DNA of 63,096 nucleotides, the filler included, from Reclinomonas americana ATCC 50394 (Eukaryota), in the NCBI GenBank assembly GCA_048213135.1. It is 37 parts of 37 records of this genome, joined end to end, with 100 filler letters (N's around TTAATTAATTAA, not from the genome) between each part and the next. Parts side by side here need not be neighbours in the genome. Positions count along the whole stretch, not along the records: positions 35,821 to 37,437 come from AFZH01025389.1; positions 37,538 to 39,153 come from AFZH01025390.1; positions 39,254 to 40,869 come from AFZH01025391.1; positions 40,970 to 42,587 come from AFZH01025392.1; positions 42,688 to 44,300 come from AFZH01025393.1; positions 44,401 to 46,014 come from AFZH01025394.1; positions 46,115 to 47,727 come from AFZH01025395.1; positions 47,828 to 49,439 come from AFZH01025396.1; 29 more parts are not named here. The stretch is one strand, 5' to 3'. The notes beneath the pieces are model-generated. The model saw only the letters and a list, made by a program, of their open reading frames with translations, was not told the origin of the DNA and made no database searches. Numbering within the stretch: the first letter of the stretch is position 1; every line of letters starts with the position of its first letter. Below are positions 35,821 through 48,008 of the stretch, one piece after another. A program made the translations under genes and the position numbers.

Positions 35821-37226
35821 GGTTGGCGAAAAGGACGCCGACCCGCGACTGCCCCACGCTTGATAGTGGGCCTGCGCTGGCGGCGATGGAGGCGACACAG
35901 GTCGCTGGCCGTGCAGGTTCACTTGCGCCGCATGTCGCGCCACCAGCGTATCGTAGTCGGCGGCGGGCGGTACCGGTGCTTGTGAGCCGGAGCCGGACTG
36001 CGTGCGCGGACTGCCCTGCAACTGCTGCAGGTGCGCCGCCGCGTTCATCGACGACAGCGAGTTGCTGCGTGCGCGCACCATGGACATGACTTGCGAGGGG
36101 AGCATGGCCGAGCGCGAGCGTGACACGGTTCCTCTGTGACTCGCGGATGTCGCCGCCTGCCGCTCTTCCTCGGTCGTTGTGGTCGTTGTGGTTGTGGTCG
36201 ACGACTCCACCACCACCGGTCTCCGTTCACGAACCACCGGCGACATGCTGTTCCACACCGACGAGTTGCCCAGCAGCGTCGACTGCTGTGCAGGGACGGT
36301 GGGCGATATGGGCGCAATGGTGCCACTCAACGCCGCCGAGCGTCGCAGCAAGTCGTGCAAGCGAACACCGCGCACAAACGACGCCGAGTGTGGTCGCCGA
36401 TCCTCATCCTGATCCTCGTCGTCGTCCCAGCAATCCTCATCGTCGTCGTCGTAATCGTAGTTATCGTGGACACACACAGGTCGTGGTCGTGTGCGAAAGA
36501 GAGAGGTTGAGCGTTGCCGGGTGAGTGGTCGGCGGGAGGGTGAGGTGGCCGGTCGTCGTTCGGGGGATGTCCCGCGCCTGGGCGGGGATGCAGGGGAAGG
36601 GTGAGAAGAGGGGAAGGAGAAGGAGAGGGAGAGGGAGGGGGAGAGAAGGTGAGGGAGGGGAGAAGTAAAGGGAGGAGAAAGGAGGAGGGAATGAGAGCAG
36701 AAGAAGGAAGGAGAAGAGGGAGAAGTTGGTGGGAAAAGAGGAGAGTGAGGGGAAGAAGAGGGACAAGCACAGGAAGCGAAGGAGCTCGAGGTGAGGAGGA
36801 GTGCGAGAAGGAGAAGGAGCAAAGAGCAGAAGAAACAGGAAAGTGAGTGAACGCCGAGACGGAGGCAGAGGCGGAACGGCACAAGAAGAAGCGCGAGAGA
36901 ACGGGGAAGAAGAGGAGAGGGAGGAGGAAGGAAGACAAGCACAGGAAGCGCAAAAGTACAAGCAAAGCGCAAAGGAGGGCCTTGGGAAGCAGAAGAACAA
37001 TAACGAGCAAGTGACGAGCACACGCACTTGGCAGTGACAGCAGCTTGCATCCGATTCTATGTGAGAAGTGAGTTGAGAAGAAAGTGAGAGCAGTTTCCTC
37101 GCGCGAGTCAGTTGCGTCATTGATTTCATTGTCACGAAACGTCTGTTTGTGGCGGCAAAAAACAGACAGTGTCACTGATTGTGATGGAAAGATGACAGAA
37201 GGACCTTACAGTGGAAGTGTCGGTGA
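35821..37226 (-). CDS. Spliced protein fragment: short exons resembling an alpha-kinase C-terminus, then a long disordered exon
   Basis: TDTST|TFRDNEINDATDSREETALTFFSTHFSHRIGCKLLSLP, then Ser/Arg/Asp-rich sequence after a pyrimidine-rich intron. Confidence 0.4.
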
Positions 37227-37373
37227 CTGCAAATGGAGTCGAGAGAGTGCGTCAAAGGGGGAAAGGGAAAGAGAGACAACACGCGCACACTCTCTTCTTC
37301 TTCTTCTTCTTCTTCTTCTTCTTCTTCTTCTTCTTCTTCTTCTTCTTCTTCTTCTTCTCTCTCCCTCCTCTCC

Positions 37374-37410
<37 letters not shown>

Positions 37411-37585
37411 TGCACTACCTTCCCTTTCTTTCCTCTTNNNNNNNNNNNNNNNNNNNNNNNNNNNNNNNNNNNNNNNNNNNNTTAATTAATTAANNNNNNN
37501 NNNNNNNNNNNNNNNNNNNNNNNNNNNNNNNNNNNNNCACTTCCTCCTCTTCTTCTCTCTCTCACCTCCTCTCTCCTCCTCTCTC

Positions 37586-37619
<34 letters not shown>

Positions 37620-37678
37620 TCTCCTTCCCTTCCCTTTCCCTTCCCCTTTCCCTTCCCTTTCCCTCCTCTCCCTCCCCA

Positions 37679-38227
37679 CCTGAATGCACTTGATCCATGG
37701 CCACAAACAACTCCTCCGAGTCAATGGCGCGATTGCCGTCCTGGTCCACCTACGAACAACCAGTCACCGGTCAACCGTCGCCATGCATGCACCTCTCTCT
37801 CACACACACTCACCTGCTTGAACAGCGTATCGCGCAAGCCGGCAAACGTCGACGTCTTGGTGAACTGCGTGAGCTCATGTCGCAGCTTGGCCAGCGCCTT
37901 CTCCACTGCGCAAGTACTGATCAGATTATGCAATCTTACTGCGTGTGTAAGCGTGCGTCACGCACTCTTCTGCTCCGGTGTCTCCACTGGCTCCGCAGCG
38001 GCTCCATAGGGCGCAGCAGCACTGGCCGAGGGCGAGGCAGGCGCCGCAGAGTCGTCAATCGGAGGAGGTGCGGCGGCGGCTTCCGCCTTGGGCGAGGGAG
38101 CGGCTGCATGTGGCGGGGCGGCGGCGTTGTCCTCGTGACCTGGAGTCACCGCCACTGCCGACGTTGTTGTTGTTGTTGTTGTTGTTGCCGCAGCTGGCGC
38201 TGTGCTGACCGACGCTCCGCAACCCAT
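37679..38227 (-). CDS. EF-hand protein with N-terminal dual acylation motif, 5' part
   Basis: MGCGAS start; LFKQ|VDQDGNRAIDSEEL EF-hand loop across a GTGAGT...TAG intron. Confidence 0.75.
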
Positions 38228-38620
38228 CTTTGCTCGTCGAATGCACGGAAGTGAAATCAACCGCCAATTCGCAACGGAAGCTGCCGCCGCCAAAGGCTGG
38301 TAGTGCAGAGAGTTCGGCAGAGAGTGGTACGTGTGTGTGCGTCGCTTGCAACACAGCTCGGCGGATGACCGCGAAGAGTACGAAGATCGAATTCGAGCAC
38401 AGATTTTGACTTTGTTGGGTTCCGCGAGCGTCTCTGTGAACATGCGCAGGAGCAGCACACAAAGAGACCAAGCCCTGCTGTACAATCGAGAGACACGCGT
38501 AACGGTTGTAAAACCCGCCTCCGGACACGAACCATCATCGCGCCATTTCGCGGGTTATTTCGGGGCTTATTTTTCTTTCTCTCCTTCTCGTGCGCGAAGC
38601 TCAACCCCCCATCTGCCATC

Positions 38621-39153
38621 ATGTTCAGCGGTGTGTTTGACGAGGGCTTCTTGCTCAACGACCACGAGGAGCAACAGCATCTGTTCAGTGTGGCGGCGGC
38701 GGCGTGGGATGACTTTGCCATGGCGCCACCCACACCCGTTGTCGCACACTTTGATCAACTTCCCCCGCATCCGCAAGCGCAGTGCCCGCTCGGCTTCATT
38801 GTGCCGATGGCCAGCAACGCGGCGCTGTTTCAACACATGCAGCAGTCGCCGCCGCGCGAGGAGCTGGCGGCGCCGTGCGAGACGGCTATTTTTGGCCATC
38901 TGGACCGAGGCCAAGTGCAAGTGGACCCTGGCGCGAATAAGATGATGATGATGATGTCCGCCTCGGCCTCACTGTCTCACCAGCAACAACAACAACAACA
39001 ACAACAACAGCCTCCACTGCAACTCGTACTGCCTCCGAGCCCGACGACACTGCCGAGGAACGGGTGGAGCCCACTGGATGCGGGCCATGTCGTCGAGTCC
39101 AGCGTCAACTTGCCCCAAGTTCCGGCGCCGCCAGCACCAGCGCCGCCAGCAGG
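38621..39153 (+). CDS. N-terminus of a low-complexity (poly-M, poly-Q, Pro-rich) protein
   Basis: ATG in CATCATG context; open to contig end; divergent from the EF-hand gene. Confidence 0.5.
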
Positions 39154-39253
39154 NNNNNNNNNNNNNNNNNNNNNNNNNNNNNNNNNNNNNNNNNNNNTTA
39201 ATTAATTAANNNNNNNNNNNNNNNNNNNNNNNNNNNNNNNNNNNNNNNNNNNN

Positions 39254-40604
39254 ACTTTTCTTACCGTGCCAGGCGACACGCCGTCGGCGACGAGCTTTTC
39301 GCCGAGCAGCATCATTGCGGAGACGAGTGGCGTGCAGATCACTGTGGCCGGCACTGCGTTGCTGGCAGCAGATGTGGTGCAAGTGGAGCTGGGGACGGCT
39401 TGCACGGGTGGTGGCACTGCGCTGTCGTCGGTGTCCGTGGCCGGAGATGGAACGACGAAGACGGTGCAGACGAACAGCCTGTCTCTGGCAGTGGGATCGT
39501 ATGCTGTGTGGTGCGTATTGTGGGGAAGCATGTGGGTTGCTAGGGGTGCCGCGGAGAGGGGGAGAGGAGAGGGAGAGAGGAGAAGGAGAAGGAGAAGGAG
39601 AGGAAGAGGGACAAGGAGAGGAAGAGGGACAAGGAGAGGAAGAGGTGAGAGGGAGCGAGGGATGGATGTGAATTGGACCAGTGGAGAGAGACATCGAGTG
39701 ACCAGAGTGTTTTTCCATGACAGGGAGAGAGAACGAGAGAAATGGTGCCTGTTTGTCAGTTGTATCGCGGAGTGGCATGTGTCGGCATTGTTCATTGTTT
39801 GTGGGTTCGAGTGGGGGTCCACGTCTCTTGGAAAAGCGTCGAGGGCGATTGACTTTGGCAAGTGATTGTACCTCACTGGCGCCTCGTGTACTCAACAGTA
39901 TCCAGTTTGGCGGAATGGGACCGTATAGCGCAGTGCCGGGAACGCTGTCTGTTGGTAAGTGTGCGCGACAGATGCTACATGAGTGTGATTATGTGCGTGC
40001 CTGTGTGACTGTGTGACTGTGCGACTGTGTGACTGTATGTATGTACGTATGTGTATATATGTATATATATATATATGTGTGTGTGTGTGTGAGAGAGAGA
40101 GAGAGTGTGTGTGTGTGAGAGAGAGAGTGTGACTGTGTGTGTTTGCGTGTGTATGAGTGAGTATGTGTTTGCCAGTGTGTGCAGTGATGCGTGAGTGTGC
40201 GTGTGTGTGACTGTGTGAGTGTGTGTGTGTGCGCGCGCGCGCGTGTGTGTGAGTGTGTGTGTGTGTGTGTACTTGCGACAGGGTTGCTACCTACGTGTGC
40301 CGTTTGATGAATTTTGGATTGTGCGGCGACACGCTTACGTTTGCTCTGCCTGATTCGCAGTACCATCGGCGGACTCGTACACGCCAGCGAGCATCACCTG
40401 TGAGAAACAGGGAGAGAGTGTGACGGTGACTGGCCATGGTCTCACGGCCAGTGACGACGTGAAAATTGTTTCTGGAGCTGGGTGCTCTGGATCGCCGTCG
40501 TACAGCATGACGACTGGATCGCGCGGAGGATCTGCGGGTGCATGGACGCTGACGGTGACGACGAGTAACGTGAATCTGACGCCGGCGGGACAGTATTCTG
40601 TGTG
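39254..40604 (+). CDS. Cell-surface protein with IPT/TIG-like repeats, internal exons
   Basis: Two similar units PSATSFSPSSI..QITVAGTAL..C...GSYAV and PSADSYTPASI..VTVTGHGL..C...GQYSV. Confidence 0.65.
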
Positions 40605-40704
40605 GTACGTTTGCACCGTTGGCGATTGTGGGTTGTTCTTGTCTCTTTGCACATACTGCTCTTGCTTGGAAAGGAAAAGTCGGAATTTCACTGACTTGAT
40701 GTGG

Positions 40705-40821
<117 letters not shown>

Positions 40822-40982
40822 GTTCGTTGTTCGTTGTTGTTCGTACGTACGTACGTACGTACGTACGTANNNNNNNNNNNNNNNNNNNNNNNNNNNNNNN
40901 NNNNNNNNNNNNNTTAATTAATTAANNNNNNNNNNNNNNNNNNNNNNNNNNNNNNNNNNNNNNNNNNNNGGAGAGTGAGAGT

Positions 40983-41450
40983 GGATGGAGGCGTGAAGGA
41001 TACAAGTGAAAAGAGATCAACGAAAAGCAACAAGGGCGGCTCACGGGAAGGGACAATGGAGAGCTCGAGGAGAGAGGCCAAGAAAGGAAGGCAATAGAAG
41101 ACACAAGAAAGAGCGAAACGAGACGAGATGAGGTGAGGAAAAGGCGGGTAGGAGGAGGCGTGAAGGGTGCAAGTAAATGTGACCAAGAAAGGAGAAAGGG
41201 ACCGAAAAGGGAAGTCCTTGGAGCACAGAGAGGTGAGGTGAAGGAGAATGAGAGAGGATGGAGGCGCGAAGAATGCAAGTGAAAAAAGATCAACGAAAAG
41301 CAACAAGGGCGGCTCACGGGAAGTGGGCAATGGAGAGGAGAGAGGCCAAGAAAGGAAGGCAATAGAAGACACAAGAAAGAGCGAAACGAGACGAGACGAG
41401 ACGAGGTGGGGAGAAAGAGAGTGGGAGGAGGCGTGAAGGATGCAAGTGAA
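40983..41450. repeat. Diverged direct repeat, period about 273 bp, purine-rich
   Basis: GATCAACGAAAAGCAACAAGGGCGGCTCACGGGAAG and GAGAGGCCAAGAAAGGAAGGCAATAGAAGACACAAGAAAGAGCGAAACGAGACGAGA each occur twice. Confidence 0.9.
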
Positions 41451-43067
41451 TAAGACAAACGCGAGTGGATGATGGAGGTGAGGAAGAACGAGAGACAAAA
41501 GAAACGTGAATCGCTCACCAGCTCAGTATGTGAGACACAAGAACACGTGCACAGTCGGCGTAGCGTGTACTCGCACTGCGTCACGGATGCCACAATAAGG
41601 CGGGCAAGGAGAGATCTGAATGTGATGCTGGAGCGCGCCATTGCGAGGCACATGCACACATCTCGTCGCCACGGCGCTCCGTCTCGCAAAAGACAATGGA
41701 CAGATGGTGCGATGACAGGCCTCACTCCCCTGCGACATGAGAGCGCATGTGTGAGCAAAGAAAAAAACAGAGCAGCCGGCACTCGTGTTGCACCACCGCA
41801 AGCACACACCGATCGACAGAAAACGTGTGTGGGCATTCGAGCAGTCAAGGGACACATCGACAAGTGACAGGATGCAGCCCAGCAGCACCTGCTGCAGTAG
41901 AGCATGTGGACCAGGCGAGTCGAAATGCGTCCCGCATCTGTCGTAGAAGTGGCATCATGCGTGTCAGTGCATGACCGTGCTGGTCGCTCCACCCAACCTC
42001 AATCGCACACGATCCTCTTCTCTCTCCACTCCTCTCACCGCTCCCGTCAACTCACCCCGCACGTGTGTATCGTCGAACACCACCAGCATCATCAGCTGCT
42101 GTGGAGGAGTGTGTGACGGTCGATCAACGCAGAGCCACCAACAGGAAGAACAAGATGCGCCACATTGCGAATCCGGCGGTGGCCGACGACTGGCTCACAC
42201 GAGCTCCCATCGACATCACACCGGCTGACAAGCGACAGTCGAATGGCACCGCTCTCACACAATCATCGTCTGCAGGCGGAGAGCGCGATAAAGTGAGTGT
42301 GGGCGCAGAATTGGGCGAAGAAAGAGGGCGTAGAGAGTGAATCGGTGAATCTGAAGCGAGAGGGAGAGGTGGGTGGAGGAGACAGAAGAAAGCAACGGTG
42401 GCATGGCGGACAAGGGGGAGAGGGGGGAGAGGGGTACAGAGACAGGCAGAGTACAGGCAAGAGGAGGATGGAGACCAAAGGGGAGAGGGAAGCAGAAGAG
42501 AAGGAAGAGAAAGGAGAAGAGAAGGGAGAGGCGCGAAGACGGAAGGGGAGAGGGAAGATGCGAAGGAAGGGAAAGCAGAAAGCAGAANNNNNNNNNNNNN
42601 NNNNNNNNNNNNNNNNNNNNNNNNNNNNNNNTTAATTAATTAANNNNNNNNNNNNNNNNNNNNNNNNNNNNNNNNNNNNNNNNNNNNGACTGGAGGCACC
42701 TGGCATACAGTTGCATCACATATGTGGCAACTCTCCAAGTCGCCGTACATGACCGGTTTGCGATGTGATGCACTTCAAGAAGACCCGCTGCTGCCCTCAA
42801 GACTGGTGTTTGTGTTGATGTTTTGGATATGGTTGGACTTGGTCATCAAGACAGCTGTTGCTTGTTTGTTGTGAATGAATTGTTGTTGTTGTCTCCTTAG
42901 GGCTATCGGCGTTCACCGTTGTTCTGGTGCGAGTTGCCTGGAGGTGGACTCATGTTGCTTCGTCCTTCCATCGGCTTGCTGCGATATCAGGAACGGAGTA
43001 ACGACGTCACGACAAGAGTCCGGCACGCGTCACGATGAATGAACTTCTTCTTCTTCTTCTTCTTCTT

Positions 43068-43470
43068 CACCACCACACGACTCTGCACTCCAAACAACCT
43101 GCCACCAAACGAATGTGTTCTCCAAACAACCTTCACAACCACACGACTCTGTTCTCCAAACAATTTACCGCCACCACACGACTCTGCTCGCCAAACAATC
43201 TTTGGCTACCACACGACTCTGTTCTCCAAACAATCTCTCACCACCACACGACTCTGTTCTCCAAACAACCTTCACCACCACGCGACTCTGCACTCCAAAA
43301 CAATCTTTCACCACACAGCTCTGTTCTCCAAACAACCTTCACCACCACACGACTCTGTTCTCCAATCAATCTTTGGCCACCACACGACTCTGCTCGCCAA
43401 ACAATACATGCTACCAAAACGACTCTGCTCCAAAAACAACTTGCTTCCAGAACGACCTCGTTTCAAAAGC
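43068..43470. repeat. Minisatellite, about 11-12 units of 32-35 bp (CACCACACGACTCTGTTCTCCAAACAA-N5-8)
   Basis: Direct sequence; unit lengths vary and are mostly not multiples of 3. Confidence 0.92.
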
Positions 43471-44171
43471 AACTTACCTGCCAAGACATACAAGTTACCT
43501 ACCGTAACGTGCAGAGAGGACTGGAGAAATTGTTGGAACTCATCAAGAGTCTGAAGGATTCCGAGAGTGAGAGGGTGGGCGAGTTTTGCAATAGTAGAAA
43601 AGAGAGGGAGGGAGACTGGGTGAGTGAAGGAGTGCAAAAGTATGTGGTGCACTATGTTGTCACGCGTGTGGACACGCTAGGAGAAAAGCGCGGTCGAGAG
43701 TTAACGGATTCGGTCGATCGAGTGAATTGACACATTCAACTGCCAGTGAGCCCTCTGAACATGGAATTTATTCCCCACTCTGCTACTCTTGTGCACGAGT
43801 ATTAAAATCTGCATCGCAAACACTCAAAAGCGATAGATTTGCCGCGTGTAGCTGCACAGGGTGCTCAAATTTGTCGCGTTCAGCTCCGGTATCTGCATGG
43901 TTTTAATGTTCTTCAACCAATTATTCCTCAGATTCAACCTGTTGAAGGTTTGCTTATTACTCAACAACAACAACAACAATTCACTCACCAACAAACAAGC
44001 AACAGCTGTCTTGATGCTACTTCATACGTGGCAACGGTATCAGAATACGCGGCTCCGAGCCCACTCGAGCCGTTGCAATTTCCGACCATTTCTTCAGTCT
44101 TCTTCGCATATTACGGCAGGTAACTTACATGTTTTGGCAGGTAACCTGCTTTTGAAACGAGGTCGTTCTGG
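43447..44171. repeat. Inverted repeat pair, 84-bp arms at 43447-43530 and 44088-44171
   Basis: CCAGAACGACCTCGTTTCAAAAGCA at the left is the exact reverse complement of TGCTTTTGAAACGAGGTCGTTCTGG at the right; similarity decays inward. Confidence 0.85.
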
Positions 44172-44400
44172 TGGCGACTTGCTTGAAAACAGGCCTGGTT
44201 TAGATGACATCGAAAACTGTGGTCAAACTTTAGAGCCTCATCGGCAATCACTGTGTTCTAGATCTTGGTGTGCAACACATCTGTCATCTTTGTCGTAGCC
44301 NNNNNNNNNNNNNNNNNNNNNNNNNNNNNNNNNNNNNNNNNNNNTTAATTAATTAANNNNNNNNNNNNNNNNNNNNNNNNNNNNNNNNNNNNNNNNNNNN

Positions 44401-45447
44401 GTCGAATCGAGAGACGGCACATACTCATCGCCGCCCTCCACCATGCTGGCCGGTCGCGGTGTGCCGAATGCGTGGGGTGTCACGCCGACCAAGGCGCTCT
44501 CTGCGACTCGCACCAGCACCACCAACTTGGACGGCAGTGGTTCGTCGCCGTCGGCCGACACGCTCCTGTCGTCGACGCTGGCCACGCCTCTCACCGGTGC
44601 GGGAGCGGAGAGCGGGGCGCGCAAGAGGCCATCAGCGTGGTCCACTGGCGCGCCCGCAGCCACCGCAGCGGCAGCGGCGCCGCGCAGCAACAATTATTTG
44701 GCGGCATTGACGAAAGACGTGAGTGGCACGCAAGCCATGCTCATGTTGTCGGTTACCGCGTCTGCGATTGCCTCGCGCGCGCGCGAGGAGGCCGCAGCCA
44801 GCGGGATGATGCCTGCCAGTGAGTTGAACGTGGCGGCGTCGGATGACTCGGCCACAACCGCACCGGCCACGGCACCAACACAACCGGCTGCGGCCGCCGC
44901 CGGCAGTGGTGGACGGAACTCGGCGCGGAGGCGGACGGCGCGAAACAAAAAGTCTCGAAATGCCGCCGCGGTGGCAGCTGCCGCGGCTGCATCGGCCGCC
45001 AGTGACACGTCGTTGCTCCCGCTGCCGGCGACCTTTGCGCCGCCGCCGCCGCAACCTCTGCCTCCGCTACCCCCGTCACTCCCAGCCGCTCCGCCAATGT
45101 CATCAGCATCGTCGGCGTCGTCGGCGTCGTCGTCGTTGTTTGCACCTGTGCTGCAGGCGCCGCACTCGGCACGCGGATTCCCGCAAGCCTACCAGCACCA
45201 CCTGCAACACTCGCAGCAGCAGCAGCAGCAGCAGCCGTATCAGCACCATTACCATCAGCAGCAATCGCGAGCACGGCGACCGCCGTCGGCACACTCGGAT
45301 GCCCGTGGCGCCGGCGGTGGTCATCAATCGGCGGCGGCGTCGGAGGGCCGCTCATCGTCGGAGCCACCCACCCGTCATCCTGCCGCGGCGGTGGGGGTGG
45401 GTGGTGCAGGAGTGGCGGCGGTCCCCTCGCAGGGTGTGGTGGCGGCG
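44401..45447 (+). CDS. Intrinsically disordered Ala/Ser/Pro/Gln-rich protein fragment
   Basis: Long open frame ending at a GTGAGT donor; no folded domain recognised. Confidence 0.55.
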
Positions 45448-46165
45448 GTGAGTGGGAATGGAGGGGAGGGGTGGAGGGGAGAGAGAGAGAATGATTGAGG
45501 GAGACAGAGAATGATTGAGGGAGACAGAGTGAGTGAGTGAGAGAGAGAGACTGAGGGAGACTGAGCGAGAGACTGCGAAAGTGCAAGAGAGGGAGAGAGA
45601 GTGGGAGAGAGAGAGAGAACGAGAGAGGAGAAAGAAAGAGATGACTGACTCATTGAGACGATACTCTATGCCTGTGACATCGTCTCAGGGGAGAAAGAGA
45701 AGAATACGACGCGCCTCTTTCATCTCCAGTATCTCATCTCTCTCTCCCTCTCGCGACGTGCAGGACGCTCGGCGTGGAAACGCCAGTCGCGGTCGTGGAG
45801 GTCGGGGAAGTGGAGGACGCGGTGGACATGTGTTCACCGGCAACGGTGCCTTGCCGGTTGGAGTCTCGTCGAATGCAGCTGTCGGGACGGGCGGCTTGGT
45901 GAATGGTCGAAGGTGCGAGTGTGTGTTGGTAGGAGTGCGAAGAAGGGCTTTCCAGTCGTTCGCATACTCAGTCCGTTGTATTCGTGTGTGTGTGTGACGC
46001 AGGAGTGAGCCAGCNNNNNNNNNNNNNNNNNNNNNNNNNNNNNNNNNNNNNNNNNNNNTTAATTAATTAANNNNNNNNNNNNNNNNNNNNNNNNNNNNNN
46101 NNNNNNNNNNNNNNGGGGGGGAGCGAGGAAGAAAAACAGGGGAGAGAGACGGGGGTGACGAAACC

Positions 46166-47727
46166 TCGGCCAGCAAACGATCCCGCTCCGCGCTCAGCTC
46201 GTTCACCTTGGCACGCAGCGCCTCGGCCTCGGATATCGACTCCTGGCGACTGCGCTGCAGCTCCTCCAAAGCGCGCTGTCGCTCGGACATCTGCGCGGCA
46301 ACGACTGAGAGTCGGAAACGAGAGAGCAACGCACGTCTTCACGGCGTCGCACTCACCAGCACACCGCGATCGGCATCCAACTGGTATCCCTGACTGCGCA
46401 GAGCCGCAATCGTCGATCGTGCCTCCACCAGCTCGGCGAGCAGTGAATCGCGACGAGCGCGCAGACGAGCCAACTCGTCCATCACACCGCGAAGTTCGGA
46501 TTCCAGTCGCTCGCGCTCCGCTTGCGCCGTGGTGCGTTCCTTGGCTCGATCATACTGCTCGGCCGCCAGACTGCGAGATGCACACGTGAGAAACACAGAG
46601 GTGGTGGGCGAGACGCTGTCTGTCGCCAGCAAGGTAGCACACACCTGGCCTTCAGAGTCTCCACCAACTGCTTGAGCGAATCACGCTGTCGAGCCACCGT
46701 CTGGCAGTCCGCGAGCAACGCGGCCGTCTCCACATGCAGCTCCTCCAGCTCGCGGGCCAGCCGAGCACGATCAGCCGCCATGTTGTCGCGCTGCACGGCC
46801 GTGCTGGCCAGTCCCGCTTGTGCACGCTCGCACGCCAGTCCCAGCTTGTCGCGCTCCTCGCTGACTCTCGCCAGCTGGTCGCGCAGTGCGTTAACAGTGC
46901 TCTCATTGACTCGACGCACTGTGAATCAGGCGTCAGCCACAAGTAAAGTAAAGGGGAGATGAATAAACCGAACCATGCTTGCCATCCTCTGCCAGGCGGT
47001 CACGCTCCGCAGTCATGTCCGCCAACTGCTGCTTCCAGTGCTCCGCATCCATGGCCGCCTTGGCCTGCAACGCCTGCAGCTCAGCCGCCAGTCGATCACG
47101 GTCACTCGTCACTCGGTCACGTGCCGCGGTGACGCCGGCCACATCGCCCTGCAGCGACGCCACACGGTCCTCCAACGAGGCAATGCGCGTCGACAGTGTC
47201 GTGCGCTCCGTCGTCAAAGTCTCGATGCGTGTGGTGAGCAGGGTGATTTGCTCGCGCAGTCGATCGCGGTCCTTGTCGGCCGCACCCAGCAGCCCACGCA
47301 CTCGCTCCAGCTCTTGCCGAGTCAGCGACAGTGCGGTTGCCGAGTTACTCGACTCCTCCATTTGCGAGCGCAGTGCCTCGTCGATGCGCGACTGCTCACG
47401 CTTGAGCTGGGCACTCAGCGCATCGCGCTCAGCCCCCAAACTCTCGATCTCTGCGCGCAGCGACGCCAGCTGGGCCATGAGGTCGGCGATCTCGCTCTGG
47501 TGTGTCTGTTGTCGGGAGGGAGGGAGGGAAGAGGGAAGGAGGGAAGGGAGGGAGGAGAGTTCAGTCATCAGCACAATGGGTGGTTACGCTGAGCAGGGAT
47601 GGCAGCCAAACCTCGTTCAGCATGTCCTTCTCACGCATCAGCTGCGCAATGGCCGAGGCGTGCGCCTCGCGGGCCTGTGCGCCCTCGTTGAGGAGACGAG
47701 CGCGTTCGGTGGTGAGGTAGTCAACTT
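46166..47727 (-). CDS. Long coiled-coil (myosin-tail/rootletin-like) protein, internal exons
   Basis: Continuous heptads with recurrent xERDxL; several GT-AG introns. Confidence 0.75.
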
Positions 47728-48008
47728 NNNNNNNNNNNNNNNNNNNNNNNNNNNNNNNNNNNNNNNNNNNNTTAATTAATTAANNNNNNNNNNNNNNNNN
47801 NNNNNNNNNNNNNNNNNNNNNNNNNNNCCCCCATTTCCTTCTTCTCTCTCCCTCTTCCCTCCCCCTCTCCTCCATTGCCTCTCATTTCTCCCCTTTCTTC
47901 TCCCCGAACCTCTCCCTCTACCTTACCCTCACCCTCTCCTCCATTCCCTCGCCCTTCTCCCTCTCCTTTTCTCCCTGCCCTTCTCACTTTCTTCCCCCCA
48001 CCCGCCAG

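Noticed and set aside
41517..42170. Possible Cys-rich secreted gene on the minus strand (MWRILFFLL...)
   Set aside because: Splice signals are present, but I could not derive a unique consistent exon chain.
43068..43470. CRISPR array
   Set aside because: Units are adjacent with only 5-8 variable bases, so there are no unique spacers; no cas genes; eukaryotic context.
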